Positions 23,001 to 30,293 of a stretch of DNA of 64,000 nt are shown here, one piece after another (the stretch's first letter is position 1; the number at the start of each line of letters is the position of its first letter). A program made the position numbers and the translations under genes. Under the pieces are notes generated by a model that did not search any database, was not told the DNA's origin, and saw only the letters and a list, made by a program, of their open reading frames with translations. The stretch comes from a virus (taxonomy: Duplodnaviria > Caudoviricetes), in IMG/VR virus record IMGVR_UViG_3300028591_000070, positions 128,001-192,000 of that record; one strand, written 5' to 3'.

Positions 23001-24333
23001 TGTTTGTAAGTATTCTGCACTCTCTATTCTTACAAAAGAAATTAAACAAGTTGAGTCTAATATTAAAGTAGGTGATATTGATTACAACAATAAGTTTGTT
23101 TATTCTTATGGTGAAGAAAATACATTTGTTGTAAATCGTCAGGAAGACTTCTTAATTAGAGGTTTATTTGGACAAGTAATTCTTCTTGCTCCAGCATTTA
23201 AAAACTTTAAAGACTTAATTACCTCTCTTGGAAGAATGATTGATACTGATGTTGAAGAAATTTATAATGTTGAGACAGCAGATGAAAAAATCTCAATTGT
23301 AAGTATAGATACAACAAAAGTAAGTATTGACCACTTATTAGATACTGAAGCACCTTATTTAAGGATAAAGCTTATGCCAGTTTCTTCTATTATATTGCCA
23401 TCAGACCTTATGAATAATAAGGATTACTATACTGAGATTAGTATTGATGATATAGACTTCTATGGTTATGATAGAGTTTGGATTAATGAGAATGTATTTA
23501 TGGCTCCTCCATTAAAAGTAGAAAATCAATACTTTAATACAGAGAGTGTTGCACAATATACAGTTGAGTCTTGGAAAAACAAAGATGGATATTCAGTATA
23601 TCTTTCTGATGAAAATGGTAAGTATGTTAAAGGATTTATCAATAATCATAAATTGAATTATAAGGTTATTGGTGATGAATTTGGAAATTGCTCACAAGAA
23701 GTTTATCAGAGTGTAAATCCTAGATTAAATCCAACTGAGCTTATTTATAAGACTGCTTATGATTATTACTATAACACATATTATAGTAGTGTTAGAAGAA
23801 GCAATCCATTCTTTAGATTCTTGAAGATTAACCAAAATATTATTGGTGAGAATATCATAGATGAGATTGGACTTTATCAGCAGCTTAAAGAGAATAATGT
23901 AATAGTTCTCAAGAAGGATAATGACTTTAATGTAATTAACAAGATCACATTAGACCTCGACCTAAATCAGACTTATAGTCTTGATGATATTATTGATGAA
24001 AAGAAAGGAGAACTAAATTATATTATAACATGCACTCCTTCTGATGAAGAATATAGCTATTTAGCTGGTATTAAATATAAGAATTACATGTATGATAGTG
24101 ACATTGTTTCTGATAAAAAATATTGTAAAGTAGACAGTAATTTAATGGCTAAGTTTGCAATACTTTCAAAAGAAGATGTAACTAATACTGAGTATAAGCC
24201 TATAGTCAATATCACAGAAATGGGTATCTTCAGTAAGGAAGGATATTTGTTAGCTTATATGCACCATCCTATCGTGCAATATAATACAAAAACAAATCAC
24301 ATCTCATATAACTTAATTATAGAGAATGCATAG
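11038..24333 (+). CDS. Giant (4431 aa) virion structural protein, probably baseplate wedge/tail-fibre attachment
   Basis: C-terminal 'ITEMGIFSKEGYLLAYMHHPIVQ' resembles tail-collar/baseplate ends; preceded by ACTAATT motif; acidic, Asn/Tyr-rich. Confidence 0.6.
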   Translation: MKKFQPNSDLYNNFYDGYTSSDEFIAKKRIHTTNEIPPLSIYKNLHSMLQRDFWKNLVGDTEIIYDEYYNLDTDGKETFDRNGDIKEMSVAKYTNGIRSLNYGPIPRLVWNKNWKKDYENYLQQVEDGEAFDEGKTANDFKYIVDNSETKYNRFEVTGVFEPQKDLMMHEAYRYLSCIYPDHPDYLNILTKNEFDDKIDDSACLIDYKIDIPFMDWLPKYFEYIEGINTQIAQEDEAAKLKIRNLKNYAMNRKFFGAKEGYKMFAASAFQHASIYSASQYIPLEGGNVSSFGTPKNVDITWFKEFFDQPEEFTNSDIDKGHYLYKKLFRNIDWQNSSYDFINRYKEPTPFYGTAYPTPNSRFVLYEYPNERIIDTLDKQEGRSTDDLYGTIRADFKEGQKIKVSGQKQNWEEGSYKEGHISYITSETYYKVRAILGYNKSGDYMPSKSELEEHHIDNAITVVNVDTPLQPLYKNFSVYPSNGKILQLISDHDNNPELIEHDKDLPIEEKWAIHKSDADVMLPYFQSLEMEQPFYCSTIVLENIYGDIKGELSRFNEAPKVKTAKITLDPHQDGCIFIAPQQQISEFEEALNITLNIDSWFDENVAKPASKIIYGTTNLSDKAFLKEGDYIVSEDKKYISSVLGLSSAFLQFSLTGKGTDYELINKKVEAMNKETTARHGVVFALSGNNPEAAGKRVIVFGKPTFEDVTSMDNDPRKFSSKGVYFDVKAIPTTKDHAQLRFIYGSRFASIAAQKYQDLRQLYKDDYLSIADEYAKNLLDNLLLIDESFKALDERVEKTRESIKNESIYYNDYSAKKYDYYMDTTISAMLLRKVLQKQAEKTYKPYDDELNGKIDDLVKTYRNTCNYELTMAGDTTYANLETARNIYTDSLVDAWNGFNKVFNEEYNKFYKAISNLVEDGTDLEAPKIKKNLEKNYKIVNEKLNILYNAILDYTQVYNDSNWTDISQPLEDLLGWFDRFKDSRTLIREAYTKLFKDGKDAEQIYLNSCIQSLKEFNDVYYPQYVEYTKALNNSENDVHEELESVEHLFSAISYYYDEIENTLNQRKTVTKDVTDSFKDAFYDYTNFIISSCGKGSYDERGMAAFKKDYNKKLQEFITLEIKAKEVVKKYVDEYMTWFSEEIAIYFDDEQFYSDVIDIKSSDPEIRNLSLDILGCDTVLFTEMLPNKAFLLAPLPKDLLMRKELEGDFSYSLLTDQDYFQDIVSFKKNEFDDLLELEAESIFGRSGLLTNCKSVSMDAWSFGSINTATLAETHYDEDIFDYVTEDVALKTEADKNFLGDYYQSNKPWINDYYIDDPQAAELEVKQYKYFDLNQDIYTLMNDTDMTHKFAYCDPNMLEMFLTDEDKNNIRGEVLNFNKVKINCHTVQDSNVVTLEERASIRKLDYITTGCQVIGKTVDDDTYVEAIDLEDHSITLNKPMQITGEFVFTFLCKIQYEPDDVSEDFYNYRIAASKNKEVSNNSIFEHGVIDTLNYGEISDYMLSSYIDFAVFREALTDNLQEQPYYKENFNLLVRNFYNRYLGTARENDVFVKPSMIENEDDIFFELNAYNLLGEDYIMRQEILDYFYQYLDEMTKASDDIHLGVAVNGYTLNDGKVFHGDSAFSDKNIHAKFITTDDWKDYEPFYIKIGCGCIPGIFDEKEIVDHDENDELVGRSLYNEHDDPYGSALYNGSQVEVQDNTQRKHYYDIGDPVFKARLGEYEIQKNIMFNDFSSDRVFNTIQFSVMKRIIDSFVDDNTITIANSTVSNWNGLQTWPKNCYTIDDLYIMGENGEAAELKDINFLGEWSPKIENDEIVFPEKPLYDNVLNYYVITNNYSFIVDEKEVNYKPGQIIIWENDKWIVKTFYAAGFIGDSYSAAKYITGKYEDEAITTGSNLIITETTDFRAVILYKVLNSIGCYTNIATAANYGYSKLLELYQNALAFFKEEKTIDEVNESVYPIELDPTCKNTFDENTCYWFEYIGYDADFADALANRNFKPGQFIAAIYNIDHFEIVLCDVSQLLFHFDNSRKYLSEREYRTFFGLNSKANGASLEGEDYIDRYPFLINEKIESISNTIKLRDYEELVPGSYSSMNRVCIPFTAEGFRYLEDGSISKEKEKIFLTEDYIFSDDENKVLFTYNMIDGKPVKFAIYQEQNKYFKNIVNNVVGYSKEEVLTKDGLIQNGIFTPVSGFDFSGSSLSLNDRILSLKPIDIRSAYGLYLEPRLFSKYTTISGTLKGIIADSDIEERLYGKVLKWNVSHEFGTGTKEYLNRVSFASVLDNFRPNNKQDETVYQENSLTFDKDSFEDKIISAPKITKVNILDKISTENGVTYYKNNLIVEGTIDEKDPTVINFGSTKSIDALNNVQVGDKILEIASLTNGSNTFNQIDADLTGIRFIDYRNNKLLICADSGMKVREMSEFTLENVKRINGSTRQDYILDDEVLTGSVSPSMLIWDNDQENWILALKEANAEIGLGMYNISFQDDNRIVLIKIDEDLEKDNDFNKFQLVDPYITENLDKLNNSNDKLISHKYSEGRMLARDMAIREIDTTINKKPSRATVTVEYKETNGKIQPKSPIIEYDASPRNYIELDCTISNTKEETTLKLKKDKAYWLFDNRIGKWIFYQTNKGSEIHIGDQGKDSLNLRLYYVGYNTAKNIGLDQTFETDAWGFADATEVNDNTLAQGEFLWKLPRPMYDNEIIAVQVETQASYEKSSNVDDKDNKYSEIDVYAEIAGATISDVAITTKDILTIGTEAYDNHEALRNKTDFDRLPYVTGPYIPYEDKSKVIRGCSNSDGYEAVLVGTNIFIKSPTKLWTSDNNKHYTPTMETEEFFWKRAKLPRFRDISHGDISKMTIEDAFTKVAIMRLMVLEDLKTNFPESAFYAWLKNNEVVHYENIDDIPTKITMNDVSYTITANGTRPTYFTTLKDGELVPESVVYGKALHFENYIAAEDVDLSLGYASNSYLKEQMYLSYLRDFYEIILGCNNITNMFEEGIKDIKMSNTCLIITSYNNIIMSLPFSKMTSRDDIENMNNWNMLSLNTDYEIPCCDNHSYQNGNYIYKDSQNGIVTYNFGPKLSSFFAYDLTCSYVKDDIQVYGGTLNLDNQAVSDYLSFLKKFDGVDYDYSWMDKSNVNAFKNKHLFIAYSSDNGRTFTTVDLTEAGIQIPTMGSNVNAIYRIDNTIRILYNKSSDKIYNYDIIIKDDSLEESLIEKEYTESDIKYKLMNKNFYIGGGYECLINSPVEKNSFNSSVDSFIISMPGAFSGGTISIKSATSITYNPTNVYDTDGGNLNVRVLLAIQTSKQIYDQFKYLDYKEDYFNMQGDLRVSESEEVLNSSTADRAFSLNETLPLAQESIYSIPSLAVDTGDKGTHNIYKYNVSLKNGSNEKVYNPIPMTNFEGNDIYLCGMVSQEEGKKFLIYRNRTIGSCMTFKDILKSYNSSPDIIDNIQRMYDINDDFEFTVNDEFLTNIINKYAIDKNLILKEIHFENENPHMINTTSENTDEDIIQILNNKYFLKWPTIDGALCEKLCGDLGLEFDEYDGSNTDDGLKEFLEKLQLLEKDLGNLTDEIIRSYFKPIKVYYNEDDYFYGVYEISSSTILMTERSIKEVISMTYEFGSTFNYLDNSILTSTTDLDENNLSMYTAVLNTQYDENSLINAIAIDPVGYGASISNKKWDNKLPQDIDPAAWVENTMLFNSNGEPIFLCDTNGNNVTMRKGLFYGEKGNVYTVSHDNLYAEDSVIDIFDGNLVDNKSTFHFYSLPESEIKIWTPFEKVDLKDTVITPFRVYRGGIAISKEEFDAHYTLTYSSLYKNDLTPYVGLAITYDGEKLAFKGSYNGDALVENDVLNITITDNRSGASASITLEVENNSFKVVNVPNTYEAYTEDDSQQITYVINRELSKISIPDNNISGAISRENGKTNLAITIARWPEKPSIIIYDNDGNSANLKLDVVKLNPKLYTDRDWISDNLDVDGINCKVYSEDVDITDRYVITKTNKQIKAVCKYSALSILTKEIKQVESNIKVGDIDYNNKFVYSYGEENTFVVNRQEDFLIRGLFGQVILLAPAFKNFKDLITSLGRMIDTDVEEIYNVETADEKISIVSIDTTKVSIDHLLDTEAPYLRIKLMPVSSIILPSDLMNNKDYYTEISIDDIDFYGYDRVWINENVFMAPPLKVENQYFNTESVAQYTVESWKNKDGYSVYLSDENGKYVKGFINNHKLNYKVIGDEFGNCSQEVYQSVNPRLNPTELIYKTAYDYYYNTYYSSVRRSNPFFRFLKINQNIIGENIIDEIGLYQQLKENNVIVLKKDNDFNVINKITLDLDLNQTYSLDDIIDEKKGELNYIITCTPSDEEYSYLAGIKYKNYMYDSDIVSDKKYCKVDSNLMAKFAILSKEDVTNTEYKPIVNITEMGIFSKEGYLLAYMHHPIVQYNTKTNHISYNLIIENA

Positions 24334-24344
24334 AGGGGAATAGA

Positions 24345-24587
24345 ATGAAAAAACTTATTACAGTACTTTTATTATTACTTGTCGGAACTATTGGATTTAC
24401 AGCTACCTATCATCATTATGGACATTCTGTAAAATGTGCCAAATGCGTTGAAGAGTCTAAGAAATGGCCTGGACAATATATCAACATTGCTTGGCGTACT
24501 ACTGAACCTTATAGAAAAGAAGGTGATAAAGTGTATGCTCAGTACCACTGTTTTGGTGGTCATTACTATTGGGCTGAAATTGATTAA
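24345..24587 (+). CDS. Small exported Cys/His-containing protein
   Basis: N-terminal signal-like hydrophobic stretch, CxxC and C..GH. Confidence 0.55.
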   Translation: MKKLITVLLLLLVGTIGFTATYHHYGHSVKCAKCVEESKKWPGQYINIAWRTTEPYRKEGDKVYAQYHCFGGHYYWAEID

Positions 24588-24769
24588 AACAAAAAATGGG
24601 AAGATGTCTAGCTAGCCCATCTTCCCAAAAAATCATGCCGTCTCACTACTTAGAACTTAAGAGGTAATAAATAGTCTTTTTGTGAGACGATCCATAAAAA
24701 TGGATTGGGAACCTTCAGATAACGGCCAACAGTTCCTCATCTCACGATTTTCAAAATGCCGTTTTAGAG

Positions 24770-24855
24770 TGCACCAGACGAGACTCGAACTCGTACGCCT
24801 GTTACCAGACACAGGATTTTAAGTCCTGGGCGTCTACCAGTTCCGCCACTGATGC
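24770..24855 (-). tRNA. tRNA-Leu(TAA)
   Basis: Full cloverleaf, loop CTTAAAA, long variable arm. Confidence 0.9.
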
Positions 24856-25038
24856 AAAAAGGGATGGCTTCATATTAACATACAAAACCATCCCTAAGTT
24901 TTCAGGTTTCACGCCTTACCTCAAGAAATAAAGCTCTCAGACCGAAGTCATCTCTTAACTTTACCCGAACCTGTACTTGAGATTTTATAACGGCAGCGGC
25001 AAATAATTATTCTAAAAAGGGAGGTTATGCTCCCCGAT

Positions 25039-25148
25039 TACTGAAAAAAGGACTCGAACCTCTTTCGCGCGCCTTATCGTCAGCTGGGATCTGCTTAATG
25101 CAGGCCATACTTATTGTCAGGCACTGTGCGCCAGTACACCATTCAGTA
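25039..25148 (-). ncRNA. tRNA-shell RNA with ~45-nt insertion in place of the anticodon loop
   Basis: Acceptor actgaa/ttcagt, D-like arm, stem gtgcct/aggcgc, T loop GGTTCGAGTCC. Confidence 0.6.
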
Positions 25149-25205
25149 ATGAGTGTTTCGAACCACTCCAGAAAGTTCACGTTCGAAATAGAACTTTCCT
25201 TTTAT

Positions 25206-25291
25206 TGAGGACTCCAGGAATTGAACCTGATCATCTTCTGCATTTAAGTTTTAACTTAAAATTTGGTAATGCAACCGTACATCAAATCCTC
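25206..25291 (-). ncRNA. Degenerate tRNA-like RNA
   Basis: Acceptor gaggatt/agtcctc and T arm present; no canonical anticodon arm. Confidence 0.5.
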
Positions 25292-25525
25292 AAAAATTCG
25301 TAATTCCGACTTTACGGTTAAAGTCTCCGCTTTAGTATTCTCTTAATCATCGAGAATTGATTGATTCGGGCTAATTTCGCGCAGTGAATTACTCTGCCTT
25401 ATTATGAACCAATCCGCCCAACCTAATTCATCTTAGGACATCTTTGTTACGAGTGTGAGCTTTTCAGCATTTCACCCTGATTATTATTCTCTATATTTAG
25501 ACTATACCAAAGCTAAAGAAAAAGT

Positions 25526-26229
25526 TCAAAAATATCCATACTTTTTCTCAATAATTGCGTCTTTAATAAGTAAAATTATTGCAATGACATCAATTATTAA
25601 AATAAATGGAAGTGTGAGAAATACCCACAATGCAGATAAGTCACTATCTACATAATTAGTCCAGAAATAAACATCTAAGATTAAAATTGCTCCTATAAGA
25701 CCAACACAACAAAGAGCACCAAGCACTTCAAAAAGAATACTCATATTTCCCAACCTTATTTTTTAATATAGTCTTTTGCACCTTCAATTAAACTTTTTAC
25801 ATTTTTGAAATCAGAAGTACTAATGAAGTTTAATAATTCTTCTGCGCCTGAAACAAAACTATCTTTACTACCAGATTTTTCTGCCTTACCTTGGAATGTG
25901 ATAAAATCATCTTTCGCACGTGCACTCCAAAGTTTAGAAATATCACTTATGCTTACATAATCAATTACTTCATGCAATAAGCTTAATTTATCCAAGTGTT
26001 CCTTAAAAAGGATAACATCAATATTACCATATTCTGTTGTAAACCAATGATTTTTATCGTTTATGTCCCAAGAATAATCTGAATAGCAACACCCATCTAT
26101 ATTTGATGCATCATGTGCGGCTTCATTCATATTCTCAGCTACAAGATAATATTTTTTATCATTTACTGTCGCAATATAAACATTATATAAAGATTCCATA
26201 TAGTATTCTCCATAAAATAAGGTATTCAA
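25526..26229 (-). CDS. Hypothetical protein (25756-26229) and small two-TM membrane protein (25526-25753)
   Basis: ORF track; two hydrophobic segments in the small ORF. Confidence 0.55.
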
Positions 26230-26255
26230 GTAGAGTCACCTGAATACCTCAAAAA

Positions 26256-27032
26256 TTAAATTGAAAAATATTTAAATCCGATTACAGCATCTTTGCCACA
26301 TTCGTCTTCAAGAACTTTCTTTACAGATCTTTTATCATCTTTTACGAAAGGCTGCTCTAAGAAACAAACTTCAGCTAGATGCTTATTAAGTTTACCAGTA
26401 AGAATACCTTCTTTTACCTTATCAGGTTTTCCGGCCATCTTAGGATCTTTATCCATCTGAGCCTTGAAAATTTCCATCTTTTCATCAAGGTAGTCCTGAG
26501 GTACACTTTCTTTGTTGATAAAAGGTGGCTCAAAAGCTACAAGATGCAAACAGCAGTCATGAGCAAATGTTTTTGCCTTCTCTCTGTCTTTAACATTAGA
26601 AAGAATTACTACAGCACCAGACTTATTATCAGAATGTACATATGTACCAACTACATCTTCAGGACCATAGTCAAATGATTTTTCTGTGTCGATAATAATA
26701 TTTTCGCGCATAGAAACTTTAAGTTTATCTACAGCTTCTGTGAGATTTTCAGCTTCACCTAATGCTGCAAAGTCTTTGTTATTTGCAACAAAGTCTGTCT
26801 CACATTTTATAACAGCAACATTTACAGCATCTTTACCATTATCTTTGATAAAGACTCGACCTTCAGCAGTAGCTCTACCACTTCTAGCATCAGAAGCAGC
26901 AAGTCCTTTCTTCTGAAGAACTTTTATTGCTTCATCAAAATCACCATTAGCTTCATCTAATGCCTTCTTACAATCTGCAAGACCTGCCATAGTAGCAGCT
27001 CTTAATTTTTTAACCAATTCAACATTTGCCAT
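26256..27032 (-). CDS. tsf: Translation elongation factor Ts
   Basis: 'LVKKLRAATMAGLADCKKAL', 'AEG', 'CETDFVA', 'EQPFVKDD'. Confidence 0.97.
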   Translation of the reverse strand: MANVELVKKLRAATMAGLADCKKALDEANGDFDEAIKVLQKKGLAASDARSGRATAEGRVFIKDNGKDAVNVAVIKCETDFVANNKDFAALGEAENLTEAVDKLKVSMRENIIIDTEKSFDYGPEDVVGTYVHSDNKSGAVVILSNVKDREKAKTFAHDCCLHLVAFEPPFINKESVPQDYLDEKMEIFKAQMDKDPKMAGKPDKVKEGILTGKLNKHLAEVCFLEQPFVKDDKRSVKKVLEDECGKDAVIGFKYFSI

Positions 27033-28265
27033 TTATTTTTCCTCATCTGATGCTTTAAAGTTATAAATAGGTTTTATAATAGATATAACATCAGCATTTT
27101 CTTTAATATTATCCAAAATCTCATCAGCAGATTTATAAGCCATTGGAGATTCATCAATTGTAGAAGTACTTACACAAGTAGTATAAATATCCTTCATTGC
27201 CGCCTTAAAATCTTCCATCTTCAAGCATTCTTTTGCTTTAGAACGAGACATTAAACGACCAGCTCCATGTGGGCCAGAGAAGTTCCAGTCTGGGTTTCCC
27301 TTACCTTTTACAATCAAAGAACCATATTCCATGTTGATTGGAATAATAGCTTCTTCACCTTCCTGAAGAGAAATTGCGCCTTTACGCAAAATGCCATTTT
27401 CAAGGTCGATATAATTGTGGATAGTACAAAACTTACCAAGAATATGTCTTTTTTTAATTCCCATTTCTTCAATGAGAACATCAAGCATTGCTTCACGATT
27501 TAAGCGAGCAAACTCCTGGCAGATTTTCATATCATGCAAATATCCATCCAAATCTTCGCCTTCAAGATATGACAACTCTCTAGAAATTATAACTGGTGGA
27601 AGCTTAGCAATTTCTTCCTGAATGTCTTTTTCACGACCTTCTTTTTTAAGTCTGTTAATAAGTTCATTCTTAGCAGAAGAATTATTTTTATGATAAGCGA
27701 TTGCTTTATTTTCCCAGTATTTAGCAACTACAATTCCAAGGTGACGAGAACCAGAGTGGATTACAATATAATAATCACCATTCTCATCTTTATCGATTTC
27801 AACAAAGTGGTTTCCACCACCTAATGAACCCATAGCATAAAGTTCTTTATCATAGTCGGCATCCGCAATAAGCTGTTTAATGTCAATATTTTTTGTAAAC
27901 TTATGGTAAGTTGAACGATGGCCCGCTCCTGATGGAACTTTAGTATGCATGATCTTATCAAACTTATCCAAACCTGGCTTATTAAATAACTGCTTTCCAG
28001 CTTCTGCAGAAATTTTCAAAACAAGCATTCCACAGCCAATATCAACTCCAACCATATTTGGATTGACGCGAGGATTCTCTTTATTGATCTTCTGGGTAAA
28101 TCCAATTGTGACACCTTTTCCACTGTGTACATCTGGCATAATAGCCACATGGCATCCCTCTGTAACAGGATTATTTGCAAAAGTATATAATTGAGATAAT
28201 GCCTCATCCTCAACTGTTGAGGCATATACATTCATTTCGCAAAACTTACCTTTAATAGTAAACAT
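27033..28265 (-). CDS. rtcB: RtcB 3'-phosphate/5'-OH RNA ligase
   Basis: 'MPDVH.GKG', 'VGVDIGCG', 'GSLGGGNHF', 'HSGSR', 'HNY', 'HGAGR', 'DESPMAYK'. Confidence 0.97.
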   Translation of the reverse strand: MFTIKGKFCEMNVYASTVEDEALSQLYTFANNPVTEGCHVAIMPDVHSGKGVTIGFTQKINKENPRVNPNMVGVDIGCGMLVLKISAEAGKQLFNKPGLDKFDKIMHTKVPSGAGHRSTYHKFTKNIDIKQLIADADYDKELYAMGSLGGGNHFVEIDKDENGDYYIVIHSGSRHLGIVVAKYWENKAIAYHKNNSSAKNELINRLKKEGREKDIQEEIAKLPPVIISRELSYLEGEDLDGYLHDMKICQEFARLNREAMLDVLIEEMGIKKRHILGKFCTIHNYIDLENGILRKGAISLQEGEEAIIPINMEYGSLIVKGKGNPDWNFSGPHGAGRLMSRSKAKECLKMEDFKAAMKDIYTTCVSTSTIDESPMAYKSADEILDNIKENADVISIIKPIYNFKASDEEK

Positions 28266-28268
28266 AAC

Positions 28269-29135
28269 CTACCTCTCTAACCATCGCTTACATAAAAAAC
28301 CTGGGACAAAACCTTCTGGGCATTCATAGCAAAACTTATTTTCTTTGCCATTATTAAACCAGTGTTTTCCTTTGCCTGCTTCAGAAATTTTCTTTTTTCG
28401 TTTTTCCTCAGTTTCTTTATTTATTTTTTTAGTAATTCCTTTCCAATAACCTTCTGGGCAACATTCAGATACTATATTATCTTTTCCATTTGTCCAGAAA
28501 GTTTTTCCAAACATTCCATTATCTTTTCCAAATTTTTGTGAAGATGGACAAGACTGACCTTTATTCCAAACTTTAATTTCACCAGACTCATATTTTGTTT
28601 TTAAAGTTGTTGAAATTTTTTCTTTCGTGGATTCATTTAATGAATGACCTTCATTATGAGTTTTAATCTCTTTTGAAGCATATTTTCTTTTAAGAGTATT
28701 AGAAATTTTATCCTTGTGATCTTTAGAAGGACTTTTATGTAAAGTTCCATTTTTTATTTTAGTTTCTTTAGCTTTGCTTCTTGACTCAGGAGTCCAATTA
28801 TTTATGCCTTTTCTAAGATTAGAATGCATAATTTTTAATTGCTCATATTCTCTACTAGAGATTTTATAATCTGAATTAGGTCGAACAGTAAAAGCTACTA
28901 AAGCATATGACATTTCTTTTGATGGATATATTTTACTTAAAAGTTGATGACAGAAAAAATGCTCTCTTGCTGTCAAAAGAACTATATTTGTTCTTCTCTT
29001 TTTCCATAAAGGAAATAATGACTTTGGTAAAATATGATGCCTTTCATAATATCCATTCTTTTTAGATCTTAAACCTTGTGTTTCCTCCAATCTCGCATTA
29101 GAAATAATTTTAATATAAACTTTTCTATAATTCAT
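28269..29135 (-). mobile_element. HNH homing endonuclease with NUMOD-type DNA-binding repeats
   Basis: 'YERHHILPKS...NIVLLTAREHFFCHQLL', repeated 'H..ETKEKIS' and 'W.NNG...CPEG' modules. Confidence 0.9.
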
Positions 29136-29138
29136 ATT

Positions 29139-29297
29139 TTAATTAGTTAAACTAGTATGTGTATCTGGCATAATTGCAATATTACAACCTTCTACAACAG
29201 GAGAGTTCATAAATCCGTAAATTTGAGACATACATTCATCTTCAACTGTAGTAGCATAAACTTTTGCAGTTCCATATTTTCTTGTTATTTCAAACAT
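29139..29297 (-). pseudogene. Truncated duplicate of the rtcB 5' end (52 aa)
   Basis: MFEITRKYGTAKVYATTVEDECMSQIYGFMNSPVVEGCNIAIMPDTH aligns with the RtcB N-terminus up to MPDxH; has SD aaggag. Confidence 0.85.
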
Positions 29298-29301
29298 AAT
29301 T

Positions 29302-30157
29302 TTACTCCTTCTTATGTATTTCGAAATACATAATTGTATGACCAGGGTCAAACTCATTGTCAACTTTAACAAGAGCCAAAGTCTTACCTTTTTCAGGTAT
29401 ATTTTCAGCTGCAAGTTTTGTTAATTTTTCTTCTGAAACTTCGACATATATTCTGTCATTTTCATCTCCGATAGGATTATCACAAACAAAATAATGCAAC
29501 ATATTATTCTCCTTTGTCCTCTATACCTATAGAGAAAAATGTTGTTAGGATAAATCCAATTATATAAAAAAGATATGCAATAATTACAGCCGGCCAAAGA
29601 AAAAAGCAAAAACATAAATGTTCATGCCAAGAAGATGCTTCTATTTTAGGATTTTTTGCTTTTGCTCTTTTATCAATCCATTTTTGGATGGGCCATGAGA
29701 TACGAGCAAAAACTCCACCAATAAAAGCATATCCAAACATTATAGCAAATATAATAACAATTGCTAACATTTTTTATAAATCCTCTCTGTTCCAATCAAA
29801 GTTTATTACCCAAGAGGTGGCCGGAAGTCCTTTAAATATTCCTTCTATATTCTTTTCCTCTTTTTTAAGAGTGTCATAACCATACATGAAATATTCATAT
29901 AGGGTCATAAAGTGTTTATACCAGATAAATGTCTGAACATCTGGTCGATATTTTTCGTCAATGGCATCTTTTTGAATTTGTTTATAAACTCTATGCAGTC
30001 GCTGCTTATCAAAATATCTAAAATAGGCAGGTCTAACTCGATACATAAAAGCTAAATCTTTACGTCTAACCTGTCCATAAATAAGAGATAAAGCACGGCC
30101 AATAAGACGTCTCTGTTGCTTTTTATAAATTCGCTTATTCATAAATAGAATATACAA
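29302..30157 (-). CDS. Three hypothetical ORFs (29774-30157, membrane protein 29504-29770, 29302-29502)
   Basis: Abutting co-oriented ORFs leading into the rtcB/tsf unit. Confidence 0.55.
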
Positions 30158-30293
30158 TTTTTAGAAAAAAGATTCATAAAAAAGTATAGTCTATATATGA
30201 TAGGAATGATTTTATATTTTATTGCAGTGGGCTATTTTGTAGCCAAACTTTCAGAAAGACTTTAAAGTTAATATTAACTCATAGGAGACACAA

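Noticed and set aside
28266-29150. Group I intron in rtcB
   Set aside because: There is no non-coding space for an intron core around the HNH ORF, and the downstream rtcB is complete with its own SD and start.
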